DNA of 64,000 nt from an uncultured Bdellovibrionales bacterium (GCA_964458715.1 CAYWJP010000001.1:2022-66021); one strand, 5' to 3'; shown: positions 9,794-19,716, counted from the stretch's first letter. Notes: generated by a model not told the origin, from the letters alone. Numbers and translations are program-made.

Positions 9794-10837
9794 ATGCAAA
9801 AACATCCTCACTTTTTACTCTTTTTAATCATCCTGTCTGCCATCGGGACTTTCTTTGTAATGAAACCGTTTCTTTTATCAATTTTTCTAGCTTTTATTTT
9901 ATCCACCCTATTTAGTAAAACCAATAAAAAATTAGCCAAAAAATTAAATGGACACAAATCCTGGTCATCATTAATTATGTGTCTTTGGGTGATGCTAATT
10001 TTAATCATTCCATTTTTTATAATTACTGCGCTAATGATTTCTGAAGCGGATTCCCTAATCAAAGAAATGCAAAATAAAAATATTTCTTTTGACATTAGTA
10101 CCCTTAAAAATCTACCGATTGTGAATACTTTTAACTTAGATCAAACGTTACAATCGAACGAAGGAATCAGTCAAATAGCCAAGAGTACTCAAAATATCAG
10201 CAACTACCTATTCACCGCCATAAAAGCTGTTTATACCAGCGCTAGTAATTTTATTTTTATTTTAGTTGTTTGTTTTTTTGCTCTTTATTATTTTTTTAAA
10301 GACGGTGATTCAATTATCAAAAAAATAATGGATTTAAGTCCACTTCCTTCCAACCAAGAAAAAGAACTTTTTGAAAAATTTAACACTATGACTATTGCCA
10401 CCATTAAAGGAACTTTGATCATTGCCTTAATTCAAGGAATTTTAATGGGAATTACCTTTTGGATAGCCGGAGTTCAAGCTCCAACTCTATGGGGACTACT
10501 GACTGCTTTAATTTCGATTATTCCTCTGCTGGGCGCTTTTCTGATTTGGCTTCCGGTTGGTTTAGTTTTATTAGCTTTAAGCTATTATTGGCAAGGAATT
10601 TTTGTTCTAATTATAGGAGCGGTTATTATTAGTAGTATTGATAATTTTTTAAGACCGAAATTAATAGAGGGCCAAACTAGCCTACATCCATTATTAGTAT
10701 TTCTCGCCACAATTGGAGGAATTGTTTTTTTCGGGCCATTAGGTTTCGTAGTTGGACCAGTTTTGGTAACTTTATTAATATCATTATTAGAAATCTATCA
10801 AACGGGTCATGTTCAAAATCCCGTTCTTGAAAAATAA
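9794..10837 (+). CDS. AI-2E family transporter
   Basis: YYFFKDG, IIPLLG, IDNFLRP, LHPLLV, FGPLGFVVGP. Confidence 0.9.
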   Translation: MQKHPHFLLFLIILSAIGTFFVMKPFLLSIFLAFILSTLFSKTNKKLAKKLNGHKSWSSLIMCLWVMLILIIPFFIITALMISEADSLIKEMQNKNISFDISTLKNLPIVNTFNLDQTLQSNEGISQIAKSTQNISNYLFTAIKAVYTSASNFIFILVVCFFALYYFFKDGDSIIKKIMDLSPLPSNQEKELFEKFNTMTIATIKGTLIIALIQGILMGITFWIAGVQAPTLWGLLTALISIIPLLGAFLIWLPVGLVLLALSYYWQGIFVLIIGAVIISSIDNFLRPKLIEGQTSLHPLLVFLATIGGIVFFGPLGFVVGPVLVTLLISLLEIYQTGHVQNPVLEK

Positions 10838-10856
10838 ATTATAAATAAAATAAATT

Positions 10857-11300
10857 ATGGAAATCAATTATTTATATATTCTAATCCCAGTTTTAGTCGG
10901 AGGAATAACTCAGATAACAAAATTTGCCATCTTCACCTACAGACACGGCTTACAATGGAAATATTTATTTGCTCACGGTCATATGCCTTCCACCCACAGT
11001 GCTTTCGTGGCTGCTTTGGTTATAACTGCTGGTCGCTCAGCCGGTTTTGGTAGTGGTGTCTTTTTGATCGCCTTCTCTCTTAGCATAATAATAATTGACG
11101 ACGCCTTAAGACTCCGAATGTACTTAGGTGACCAAGGCCGTTATCTAAATATGCTGATTGAAACCTTAAAAATGGACGCCAAGGAATTTCCCAAACTAAA
11201 AGAACGAGTTGGACACCGTTCTTCAGAAGTTTTAGTTGGAATAATTTATGGAATACTTTTGGCTAATTTATTCTTCTACCTTTTTTCAAAATTAAATTAA
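10857..11300 (+). CDS. Divergent PAP2 family protein (DUF212)
   Basis: GHMPSTHSA, DDALRLR, ERVGH. Confidence 0.85.
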   Translation: MEINYLYILIPVLVGGITQITKFAIFTYRHGLQWKYLFAHGHMPSTHSAFVAALVITAGRSAGFGSGVFLIAFSLSIIIIDDALRLRMYLGDQGRYLNMLIETLKMDAKEFPKLKERVGHRSSEVLVGIIYGILLANLFFYLFSKLN

Positions 11301-11337
11301 ATCATTTAGAATATTTTTTTATCATTTCTGATTAAAT

Positions 11338-11781
11338 ATGCCAGAAAAAATTATAATCAAAAACGCCCCGATAGAAGACGTTGTATTTGTAAATTCAACA
11401 ATTACTGAATTTGATAAACCTTATAAAAAAGAATATTTTAAAGAAAGATATGAGGGTAAAGATAATTTAATAATCGTTGCTTATATCAGCAACAAACCTG
11501 TTGGTTATGTTGTTTGGTACAATCGAGATAATGATAATTCTTTCTATTGCTGGATGGCTGGTGTTAATCCCGAGTATAGACGTCTTGGTATTTTAAAAAA
11601 ATTAATGGATTATGGATTTAATTGGGCAAAAAATAAAGGTTATCAAAAAATAAAAATAAAAACGAGAAACAACCGACGTGAAATGCTTACATATTTAGTT
11701 AGATATGGCTTTCAATTTACAAATATAGTCCAATATCCAAATGTCGATGACAATAGAATCGAACTTGAAAAATCAACATAA
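11338..11781 (+). CDS. GNAT N-acetyltransferase
   Basis: GVNPEYRRLGI acetyl-CoA motif, YGF. Confidence 0.85.
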   Translation: MPEKIIIKNAPIEDVVFVNSTITEFDKPYKKEYFKERYEGKDNLIIVAYISNKPVGYVVWYNRDNDNSFYCWMAGVNPEYRRLGILKKLMDYGFNWAKNKGYQKIKIKTRNNRREMLTYLVRYGFQFTNIVQYPNVDDNRIELEKST

Positions 11782-11782
11782 T

Positions 11783-13060
11783 TTAGTTATTCAAGATATC
11801 TTGAATAACTTTTTTATCGTTCCAGAGAATAGTTTTAGATCCAATCATCATTGTTTCTTCAGCGCCTTTCCCTGTTACTAAAACAATATCCCTTTTTTCT
11901 GCAATTTCAAGAGCCTTTTCTAAGGCTTTTTTTCGATCCTCAACTCTTAAAAGTTTTTTAATGTTTTTAACCCCCTTTTCAATCTCTTCCATAATTTTAA
12001 CCGGATCTTCGGTATAAGAGTCTTCATTAGTTACAATTATTTTATCAGCAAACCGAGAAACTATTTCTCCCATAATTGGACGCTTCCCTCGATCTCGATC
12101 CCCGCAACTACCAAAAACCCAAATTAATTTGGCCTGATTTTTCTTTTTAAAATCCTCCATCATTTTGCCCAACTTCTCCATCGAATCAGGAGTCAAAGCA
12201 TAATCAATAATTATTTTTATTCCTTTTTTATTTTCCACAAAATCCATTCTTCCTGGAATATTCTTAATTTCTTTTAATTTATTACTAATATTATTCATTG
12301 ACACTCCTTCTGAAACACCCACACAAATAGCGGCTAAAGCATTTTCAATATTAAACTTACCTGGTAAATTTAATTTAAAACTAACCCCGTCCACCACAAA
12401 ACCACTTTTAAAATTTTCCAGTTTTATATCTTCTGCTTTCCAAGTTGGACAATTTTTTGAAATTTTTTCTTTAAAATCAATCCCATACAAATAATTTTTA
12501 TCCATTCCCGGCAAAACAAATTCTTGAAATTTTTCCATATCTCGATTGATAATTCCCACTCGCTTGGTTCTTCGCCAAGAATTAGAAGTTATTTGAAATA
12601 ATTTTAATTTAGTTTTTCGATAATCATCCATATTCAAGTGATAATCTAAATGTTCCCGTGTAATATTAGTTACCACCGCCGTATTATAATCCACGCCCCA
12701 AATTCGAAATTGATCCAAGGCATGAGAAGAAGTTTCCAAAACTAAATATTCGCAACCATCTCCGAGAGCTTTACTGATAAATTTTTGTAACTGCCAAGCT
12801 GATTGAGTCGTAAATTTAGTTCTGTTAACTTCCTCCTGGTCTCCAATTTTAAAATTAATAGTCGAATAAATTGCCACTTTTTTGCCAGTAGCTTCTAATA
12901 CTTTTCCAATCATTTGAACCGTCGTAGTTTTTCCATTAGTTCCAGTTACGCCAATCACAATTATTTTCCGAGAAGGAAACATAAATCTAAAATTAGCTGC
13001 AATTGCCATCTTTAAATGATAAATATTTTTAATTTTTTGAACAATTCTTTTAATCTTCAT
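11783..13060 (-). CDS. murE: MurE-family UDP-MurNAc-dipeptide amino-acid ligase
   Basis: GVTGTNGKTTT, ETSSH, TNITREHLDYH, VFGSCGDRDRGKRP, GKGAE. Confidence 0.9.
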   Translation of the reverse strand: MKIKRIVQKIKNIYHLKMAIAANFRFMFPSRKIIVIGVTGTNGKTTTVQMIGKVLEATGKKVAIYSTINFKIGDQEEVNRTKFTTQSAWQLQKFISKALGDGCEYLVLETSSHALDQFRIWGVDYNTAVVTNITREHLDYHLNMDDYRKTKLKLFQITSNSWRRTKRVGIINRDMEKFQEFVLPGMDKNYLYGIDFKEKISKNCPTWKAEDIKLENFKSGFVVDGVSFKLNLPGKFNIENALAAICVGVSEGVSMNNISNKLKEIKNIPGRMDFVENKKGIKIIIDYALTPDSMEKLGKMMEDFKKKNQAKLIWVFGSCGDRDRGKRPIMGEIVSRFADKIIVTNEDSYTEDPVKIMEEIEKGVKNIKKLLRVEDRKKALEKALEIAEKRDIVLVTGKGAEETMMIGSKTILWNDKKVIQDILNN

Positions 13061-13072
13061 TCTAGTTTATTA

Positions 13073-14026
13073 TTAGCGTTTTAATAATTGTAAAATTCTA
13101 TAAATCCAATATTTAAGTGGACATAAAATTAAATCGTAACAACCAGGAAATACAACCGGCGCGCAATTAGGACGAAATCCTTTTTTAAATCGAGTTATTC
13201 CTGCCCATTTTTTCTTGTTCAATTCAACTGCTATACCAAAAAAATCATATTTTATGGCACCTTTCTCCTTGGCTCTTTTAATAGCTTCCCATTGTAAAAA
13301 ATAATTAGCCATAAGATTTCGATCTTTATCTGAAGAAGCTCCATGTAAATAAGTGGCTACTCCGCCAAAATAACTAACAATAATCGCTCCGACAGGTTGC
13401 TCTCCACTAGAAGCCACTAGAAGCTCCAAATTATCCCTTGGAACAGCTTTGAACATCTTTTTGTAGTATCCACTATTATGAAAAGATACACCATCTCTAA
13501 TGGCTGTTTCTTGGGTTAATTTCCAAAAAATGTCTAGGTCTTCAAGATTTTCCGAAATTCTGACTTCGACCTCCTTTTTTTCAGCCAAGCGAATATTATA
13601 GCGAGTCTTTGATTTCATTTCAGCTAAAATTTGGTCCAAATCTTTTTTCAAGTCAATTACTAAAGTTTCCGAAGATTGATGATTTTTCCTCGCTTTAACT
13701 ATCCAACCTTTGAATTTTTTCAAATCTTCTTTTCTCTGAGGCTCCACTCTAATCCAACTCGCCCTATTTTTAATTGCAATTTTCTTAATATTCTCTAGCA
13801 ATAATTGATTGTCTTCCTCATCGTCGCTAAAGACAGGACCGCGAGGAATATAAAAATACTTACCAACAACTGGCAGTTTGTTTTCAATAACCAAAGTTTT
13901 GTTTTTTGAACTTTCTGTCAAATAGAAAGTTTTTCCCAATTCACGCTGAAAAGCCACCCAATGCACAGATTGTAAAAAACCCCCGTCTAAACTATTTTCT
14001 TCTAAAAATCTCTCTTTTTTATCCAT
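13073..14026 (-). CDS. FemABX-family peptidoglycan bridge aminoacyltransferase
   Basis: FLQS, YIPRGP, KTRYNIR, YLHGAS, YDFFG, GITRFKKGF. Confidence 0.9.
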   Translation of the reverse strand: MDKKERFLEENSLDGGFLQSVHWVAFQRELGKTFYLTESSKNKTLVIENKLPVVGKYFYIPRGPVFSDDEEDNQLLLENIKKIAIKNRASWIRVEPQRKEDLKKFKGWIVKARKNHQSSETLVIDLKKDLDQILAEMKSKTRYNIRLAEKKEVEVRISENLEDLDIFWKLTQETAIRDGVSFHNSGYYKKMFKAVPRDNLELLVASSGEQPVGAIIVSYFGGVATYLHGASSDKDRNLMANYFLQWEAIKRAKEKGAIKYDFFGIAVELNKKKWAGITRFKKGFRPNCAPVVFPGCYDLILCPLKYWIYRILQLLKR

Positions 14027-14194
14027 TTTAAAAATATTATTATTCTAAATATTGTCAATATCCGCCTAGCACGACAGGGATTAGATATTTAAGTGTAGTT
14101 TGAGGAAAATTTAATCACGATTAAATCAGATTCTTCATCTCAATATTCTCTTAATATAACAGAAATCCTATATTTGAGCACAGTTGAAAAACAC

Positions 14195-14318
14195 CAAGAA
14201 TTATAAGTTTGAGTGCAATTCGAGGAAAAACCGGAGTTGTCGTCTGGGGCGTATGAATAATACAGCGAAGTCGACACGATGGTTTTAACAAAGAAGTGCG
14301 CCAAACTTATAGCTCTTG
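14195..14318 (+). repeat. Long-hairpin element copy A (3' of ruvA)
   Basis: caagaattataagtttg-a-gtgca-a-ttc-gagg...aacaaa-gaa-g-tgcgc-caaacttatagctcttg. Confidence 0.85.
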
Positions 14319-14319
14319 T

Positions 14320-14889
14320 CTATTGGCGCATGGATTTAAGGGCAAGCTTTATCCTTTCCGAAATATCTTCAATCCCACTTTCAACACTTTTCGACGCTTC
14401 CCTCGCCTCACTGATATTGTACCCCATTGACACCAAAGCTTCGATAACATCTTGATCACCTTGAGCAGTTTGTTGAATAGCAGCTGAAAAGTTTTTAATC
14501 TTATTCTGAAGCTCTAAAACTACTCTCTCGGCAATTTTCTTCCCAATTCCTGATACTTGAGTCAAAATACTTATATCACGATTAACAATAGCAGTTTTAA
14601 TCACATCCGGTGAGGCAATATTAAGAATATTCAAAGCTGCTTTTGGTCCAATCCCCGAGACTGAAATTAGCAACTCAAACAACTCCAATTCTCCTTGAGT
14701 TTCAAATCCAATTAACATTAGTTGGTCTTCTTTTACGTGAGTATGAATAAATAATTCCAAAATTTCCTGACTAGAAGCCTTACCAATAGTTGCTTCATTG
14801 CAAAAAACCTTATAACCCACGCCGTTAACGTCAACTACTAAATATCCCACTCCGAAATAATTCACTAATCCTTTTAATTTTCCAATCAT
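14320..14889 (-). CDS. ruvA: Holliday junction branch migration protein RuvA
   Basis: VDVNGVGY, VSGIGPKAA, GIGKKIAER, ALVSMGY. Confidence 0.95.
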   Translation of the reverse strand: MIGKLKGLVNYFGVGYLVVDVNGVGYKVFCNEATIGKASSQEILELFIHTHVKEDQLMLIGFETQGELELFELLISVSGIGPKAALNILNIASPDVIKTAIVNRDISILTQVSGIGKKIAERVVLELQNKIKNFSAAIQQTAQGDQDVIEALVSMGYNISEAREASKSVESGIEDISERIKLALKSMRQ

Positions 14890-14899
14890 CTTTTTATCT

Positions 14900-15030
14900 T
14901 AATTTTGAATTTTAAATTTTGAATTTTGATTCAATTTAGAATGACTTAATTTATAATTTCAGTAATTTTTTAGAAAATTAATTCATTAAAAATTAGAATT
15001 TGATTCAAAATTCAAAATTTAAAATTAATT
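14900..15030. repeat. Heptamer-periodic (AATTTTR) inverted repeat
   Basis: Arms 14908-14934 and 15000-15026 are reverse complements with one mismatch. Confidence 0.8.
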
Positions 15031-15117
15031 TCATTGTGTTTATAATATCATTATCTTTACAAATTTTCCAGACCGTGCTAATATTGTGCAATAAACTATT
15101 AAATTAAGTTAAAAATT

Positions 15118-15387
15118 ATGCCAATATTAGACGCCGCCAAAAAATACGTGAAAGTAACTGCTAGAAAAAACGCTTTCAATAAAAAAACCAAACTTACAAT
15201 GAAAAACGCTATTCGAAAAGTAAGCGATGCTATTCTAGTTAAAGATGTTACTGGAGCTGAAAAATTATTCAAATCCGCTCAACAAGCCATCGACAAAGCT
15301 ATGAAAAAAGGAATTCTAAAGAAAAACACTGCTGCTCGAAGAAAATCAGTTTTAGTCAAAAAAATTGTCGCTTTGAAAAGCAAATAG
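15118..15387 (+). CDS. rpsT: 30S ribosomal protein S20
   Basis: AIDKAMKKGILKKNTAARRKS. Confidence 0.95.
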   Translation: MPILDAAKKYVKVTARKNAFNKKTKLTMKNAIRKVSDAILVKDVTGAEKLFKSAQQAIDKAMKKGILKKNTAARRKSVLVKKIVALKSK

Positions 15388-15424
15388 AATTTTCCACTTA
15401 CCACCGAATAATTTACACCATTTT

Positions 15425-15452
15425 AAAAACGTCACTCTCGAGTGACGTTTTT
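15425..15452. terminator. Bidirectional intrinsic terminator after rpsT
   Basis: aaaaacgtcact-ctcg-agtgacgttttt between convergent genes. Confidence 0.85.
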
Positions 15453-15478
15453 TATTTTTATTGTAGAAAATTATTTTG

Positions 15479-15655
15479 CTACACTCCCAGAAATTTGAGC
15501 AACTCAAACACCAAGAATGCCGGCCAGATAATTGCCTTCAAAAGACCAACTACTCCAGACCAGAAACCGGCTGCGACTGAGATATAATAAACCACAGCAC
15601 CAATCGCTCCAAGTACATAGAAAACGCCTTCGCAATCCTCAGTATCACAACACAT
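15479..15655 (-). CDS. Small membrane protein; probable start ATG 15655
   Basis: Two hydrophobic helices (GVFYVLGAIGA..., LLKAIIWPAFLV). Confidence 0.6.
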   Translation of the reverse strand: MCCDTEDCEGVFYVLGAIGAVVYYISVAAGFWSGVVGLLKAIIWPAFLVFELLKFLGV

Positions 15656-15865
15656 TTCCCTTTTTATAAAATTCCCCACCCAAATATTAACAATCTCGAA
15701 ACTACTCCCCAAAAATAGACGCGTCTATAAAAACTGCTACCAACCTCTATTCATATTTTTGAGATAATCTTTAATTTATAACTTATCTCTTGATTTTATC
15801 TTCGCAATTAGCTAGACTAATTCATCGATTAACCAACAGCAACTTAACAGCCCGAGGAGAATATC

Positions 15866-16315
15866 ATGCTTCAATCATTCATGAAAAAACTTGCCGAAGT
15901 CGAACCATTCACTACCATCGCCGCTTTTATCATCCTCATTGACGAACCAAACACCTTTGAAATTCTTCAAAAATTCATTGCTACTTGCAAAACGAAACCC
16001 TGGAAAATTGATGGGATTAAAAGAGCTCTTTCTGGAAAACACCGTCAAGAAACACCTTGCGGTCCCAACGGGGGAACAATAACAATCAAAGCCCTCTATC
16101 CCAAGGATATATTACTCAGCCAAGGGATAGGCAAGCCCTTTGAAGTTCTCAAATACCTAGAAAAAACTTCTGAGTGCGAAGAAGGTGAAATTGCATATGC
16201 AATAAAATCAACTTTTGTCGGCTCTACCGAAGAAACGCTTTGTTGCAAAAAAACTCCTGAAGGGCTTGTAATTTCTGGCTACAAAAAGCACACTCCTCGA
16301 TCTAAATTTGATTAA
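15866..16315 (+). CDS. Hypothetical ORFan with its own promoter, SD and terminator
   Basis: GAGGAG SD; ttgatt-17-tagact at 15790-15818; hairpin at 16340-16376. Confidence 0.6.
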   Translation: MLQSFMKKLAEVEPFTTIAAFIILIDEPNTFEILQKFIATCKTKPWKIDGIKRALSGKHRQETPCGPNGGTITIKALYPKDILLSQGIGKPFEVLKYLEKTSECEEGEIAYAIKSTFVGSTEETLCCKKTPEGLVISGYKKHTPRSKFD

Positions 16316-16339
16316 CCCAACTCGAAATAAACCTATTTC

Positions 16340-16376
16340 AAAAAGCCTGTTACGCTATCATGTGAACAGGCTTTTT
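16340..16376. terminator. Bidirectional terminator
   Basis: aaaaagcctgtt...aacaggcttttt between convergent genes. Confidence 0.75.
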
Positions 16377-16393
16377 GACTCCCTGAATAATTT

Positions 16394-16636
16394 TTATTCT
16401 ACAATCAATTCCAACTTTTGAGATTTAGTTAGTTTTTTAATCCGAAATTCTTCCGCGGAAGCCTTGGCTCTGTTTTTAAAATTAGCCGAATAAACCATTT
16501 TTACTGGCCGTCGAGACGAGGTGTACTTTGCTCCCAGCTTAGAATCATTATGCTCGGCAATTCTCCGCTTTAAATCCGTAGTAATCCCCGCATACAAACT
16601 TCCGTCTGCACACTCAACAATATAGACGTAATACAT
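16394..16636 (-). CDS. Small GIY-YIG nuclease (YhbQ/UPF0213-like)
   Basis: YYVYIVECADGSLYAGIT, RRIAEHN, GAKYT..RRPV. Confidence 0.9.
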   Translation of the reverse strand: MYYVYIVECADGSLYAGITTDLKRRIAEHNDSKLGAKYTSSRRPVKMVYSANFKNRAKASAEEFRIKKLTKSQKLELIVE

Positions 16637-16795
16637 ATTTCACTTTCAAAATAAAAATTTCAATTAATTATTATTATACCACTCTTTTGAATTTTAATAT
16701 TCTTTAGTATATCTTTATTCAAAAATCTTTCTAAAAATAGATACCTGTTATTAAAACATTGTAAATTAAGTAATTGAAAATTTTTTGGATAGCAT

Positions 16796-16827
16796 AAAAG
16801 GGTTTGATTAGATTACCAAACCCTTTT
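16796..16827 (-). terminator. Terminator of ORF 16853-17044
   Basis: aaaagggtttg...caaaccctttt. Confidence 0.7.
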
Positions 16828-16852
16828 AATTTTTTGTTGATGAAAATTTAAC

Positions 16853-17044
16853 TTATTTCCCTCCTCCCAAAGGACGACAAGCAATTTTTTCTATTTGACG
16901 TTTGATCTCCCTTACAGAAGACAATATCGTCAATAATTCATCGGACTTAGAATTTTGAATTATCAGATTTTTATTTCTATAAATTTTTCTGGATAATTCT
17001 TCAGATACAAACGCAATTTTTTCAACGATGCCCACTTCAGCCAT
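16853..17044 (-). CDS. Small hypothetical ORFan
   Basis: GGGAGG SD; TTGACA-17-TATAGT promoter at 17119-17091; own terminator. Confidence 0.55.
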   Translation of the reverse strand: MAEVGIVEKIAFVSEELSRKIYRNKNLIIQNSKSDELLTILSSVREIKRQIEKIACRPLGGGK

Positions 17045-17157
17045 AATTTCCTCCCAAAAATCATTTATAGTTTAATTTTCCAATTTTTTAACTATAGCAC
17101 AAAAACAGTAAAATGTCAATAGAATAGTATTGACATTTTCCTAATATTGTTCAGCTT

Positions 17158-18474
17158 TTATTTACTTTTGATCTCTTTAATTCCTCCTGGCATATATTTC
17201 TGTAAAACTTCAGGTATTTTGACTGAACCATCGGCTTGTTGGAAATTTTCCAAAATCGCGATGATAAACCGCGGAGATGGAATTGCCGTATTATTCAACA
17301 TAAACACATATTTCCTGTTTCCTTCTTCATCTTTATATTTAACCTTCAATCTACGAGCTTGCCAATCCAAGAAATTTGAAGCACTTCCAGTCTCGCCATA
17401 ACCGTTTCTTGATGGCAACCAAGCTTCTAAATCGAACATTCGATACTTACCCGCTCCCATATCACCAGTGCAAATTTCCAAGACCCTGTAGGGTAAACCA
17501 ATTTCTCGATGAAGTTCTTTGGAGATTTCCAGCATTTCTCGATGTAATTCCTCGGCTGCTTTGATATTAGCTTCACACAAACAAACCTGTTCGACTTTCA
17601 TAAACTCATGAACTCGATACAGTCCTTTGGTATCTTTTCCATAAGAGCCAATCTCGCTCCTATAGCAAGGAGAAAATCCACACAATTTCAAAGGCAATTG
17701 TTTGATGTCCAAAGTCTCGCCAGAATGATAAGCCAACAAAGAAGGCTCAGCTGTTCCAATTAAAAATTTATCTTCTTTATTAGATTCTCCGTCGACTTCC
17801 ACTTCTTTATTGGCGATTTTATAAACTTCGTCTTTTTCTTCATCAAAACTCTTTCCGGCAAAATAACCGCTACCAAATAAAACGTATTCTTTGACCAAGG
17901 TTGGTGGAATCATTGGCGAAAATCCCTTAGCAATTAATTTTTCCAAAGCATACATCATTAAAGCCATTTGCAAACTAACTCCCTCATTTTTCATATAGTA
18001 ACCTCTATACCCAGAAACTTTTACGCCTCGTTCAAAATCAACAATATCTAAATCTTTCCCTAGCTGTAGATGATCTTTAGGCTCAAAATCGAACTTAGTC
18101 GGTTCGCCTTCCTTCTCCACTTCCAAATTCTCGCTTTCATCTTTTCCAACTGGAACATCACTAGCGGTAATTACTGGAACTTGAACCATTAAGTTCATAT
18201 ATTCATCTTCCATTCCTTTTAATTCTTTTTCGATTTTCCCGACTTTTTCTTTCAATTCTTTTCCTTCAGAAATTTGTTCATCGGTTGGTCGATTGCCTTG
18301 AGTAGACTTAGCTAATTCATTTCTTTGAGATCGAAGTTTGTCCAATTCAGTCATCAAAGCTCGTCGCTCTTGATCAATTTCTAAAAGTCGATCTAAATCA
18401 AGATCTATATTTTTATTTTTTGCCGCCTTGGCTATGGCCTCAGCATTTTCTCGAATAAATTTTATGTCTAACAT
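17158..18474 (-). CDS. serS: Serine--tRNA ligase
   Basis: MLDIKFIREN, GTAE, CYRSE, GLYRVHEFMKVEQ, LNNTA. Confidence 0.97.
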   Translation of the reverse strand: MLDIKFIRENAEAIAKAAKNKNIDLDLDRLLEIDQERRALMTELDKLRSQRNELAKSTQGNRPTDEQISEGKELKEKVGKIEKELKGMEDEYMNLMVQVPVITASDVPVGKDESENLEVEKEGEPTKFDFEPKDHLQLGKDLDIVDFERGVKVSGYRGYYMKNEGVSLQMALMMYALEKLIAKGFSPMIPPTLVKEYVLFGSGYFAGKSFDEEKDEVYKIANKEVEVDGESNKEDKFLIGTAEPSLLAYHSGETLDIKQLPLKLCGFSPCYRSEIGSYGKDTKGLYRVHEFMKVEQVCLCEANIKAAEELHREMLEISKELHREIGLPYRVLEICTGDMGAGKYRMFDLEAWLPSRNGYGETGSASNFLDWQARRLKVKYKDEEGNRKYVFMLNNTAIPSPRFIIAILENFQQADGSVKIPEVLQKYMPGGIKEIKSK

Positions 18475-18524
18475 GATAAATTTTATAATTTTTAATTTTG
18501 TAATTTTTAAATAAATATTAAATG

Positions 18525-18977
18525 CTAATTTTTAATTTTATCTAAATCTCCGTTTAAGATTATCGTTTTCATCGCCATGATTTCATCCTTATAACCCATT
18601 TCAGGAATTTCATTTAATAAAAATATTTTTTTATTCAAAACATGAGCAAAGCCCATTTCAAGGAAAGTATTTCCACCGATGTAACCTAAAATTCCTTTTT
18701 TCTCCATGTTTAAAATAAGAATAGCATCCATTTCCTTAATTTTCTTATAATAAAGCCTGATGACATCGTCGTTAATTTTCCGCAAAGCGCTTTCTCGAAA
18801 TTTCTTATCACCGTTAACATCTTTTTCTTTTAAAAAATCTTCCATTGTCAATTCTCCATCAATGATTCGCTTGCTAGTCAAAGGAATATCGACTACGTGC
18901 CCAACCTTAACTAATTTATCATTAGCCTCTTTTATGTCATAAGTAAAATCTATACTTCCACAAATTGCAATCTTCAT
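18525..18977 (-). CDS. Hypothetical protein, nucleoside 2-deoxyribosyltransferase-like Rossmann fold
   Basis: MKIAICGS...DAILILN...YIGGNTFLEMGFA. Confidence 0.55.
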   Translation of the reverse strand: MKIAICGSIDFTYDIKEANDKLVKVGHVVDIPLTSKRIIDGELTMEDFLKEKDVNGDKKFRESALRKINDDVIRLYYKKIKEMDAILILNMEKKGILGYIGGNTFLEMGFAHVLNKKIFLLNEIPEMGYKDEIMAMKTIILNGDLDKIKN

Positions 18978-19600
18978 AAACTCGATCTTGAAAGATACAA
19001 AACTTTTCTATCGATAAAATATTCTTCCGAAAAATACTTTCCAATTTTATATTCCACTACTTTTTCTAAAATATTTTTATCTTTAATGTTGGCCGTTTCG
19101 CCAAAATACAAAATTCCATTTTCCAATTCATGCCGGCTTTCTTTACGCAGATTTTTTCGAACTAATCCCGCAAATTTATCCAAAGAACAAACCGAGCGAC
19201 CAACCACAAAATCGAATTGACCCTCTAATTCTTCTCCTCGAAGATTTCTAGTTCCGACATTAGTTAGCTCTAGTCCTTTGACAATCTCTTCAATTACTTT
19301 AATTTTCTTTCCGATTGAATCGACTAAACTAAATTTCACTTTTGGAAAAAGAATCGCCAAAGGAATTCCGGGAAATCCTCCACCAGTTCCCAAATCCAGA
19401 ACGGTTGTCTCGGGTTTAAAATCAATAATTTTAGCAATTGCCAAAGCATTCAGGATGTGTCGTTCATAGAGATTTTCGATGTCCTTTCGGGAGATCAAAT
19501 TTACTTTCTCATTCCATTCGGCATAAAGTTTCCCGGCTTTTTCAAATTGCTCTTTTTGCTTTTCCGTCAAGTCGGGAAAATACTTTAAAATTAAATCCAT
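18974..19600 (-). CDS. rsmG: 16S rRNA m7G527 methyltransferase
   Basis: WNEKVNLIS, LDLGTGGGFPGIPLAI, DSIGKK. Confidence 0.9.
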   Translation of the reverse strand: MDLILKYFPDLTEKQKEQFEKAGKLYAEWNEKVNLISRKDIENLYERHILNALAIAKIIDFKPETTVLDLGTGGGFPGIPLAILFPKVKFSLVDSIGKKIKVIEEIVKGLELTNVGTRNLRGEELEGQFDFVVGRSVCSLDKFAGLVRKNLRKESRHELENGILYFGETANIKDKNILEKVVEYKIGKYFSEEYFIDRKVLYLSRSSL

Positions 19601-19609
19601 ATTTAAGTT

Positions 19610-19716
19610 AGTTTACAATTTACAATTTTCCTCACCGCGGCGAGTCATTCAATTTTAAAATGATTTAATTTTCAATGACTCCAGACTTTACGAACTTTCT
19701 AACTTTCCAACTTTCT
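19610..19716. repeat. Degenerate heptamer repeats with a nested GC palindrome, followed by RACTTT repeats
   Basis: tttacaa-tttacaa-ttttc[ctcaccgcggcgag]tcattcaattt...; gacttt-acg-aacttt-ct-aacttt-cc-aacttt. Confidence 0.6.

Noticed and set aside
16394-16636. GIY-YIG gene as the mobiliser of the repeats
   Set aside because: It is an ordinary YhbQ-like protein and is not flanked by any of the repeat families.
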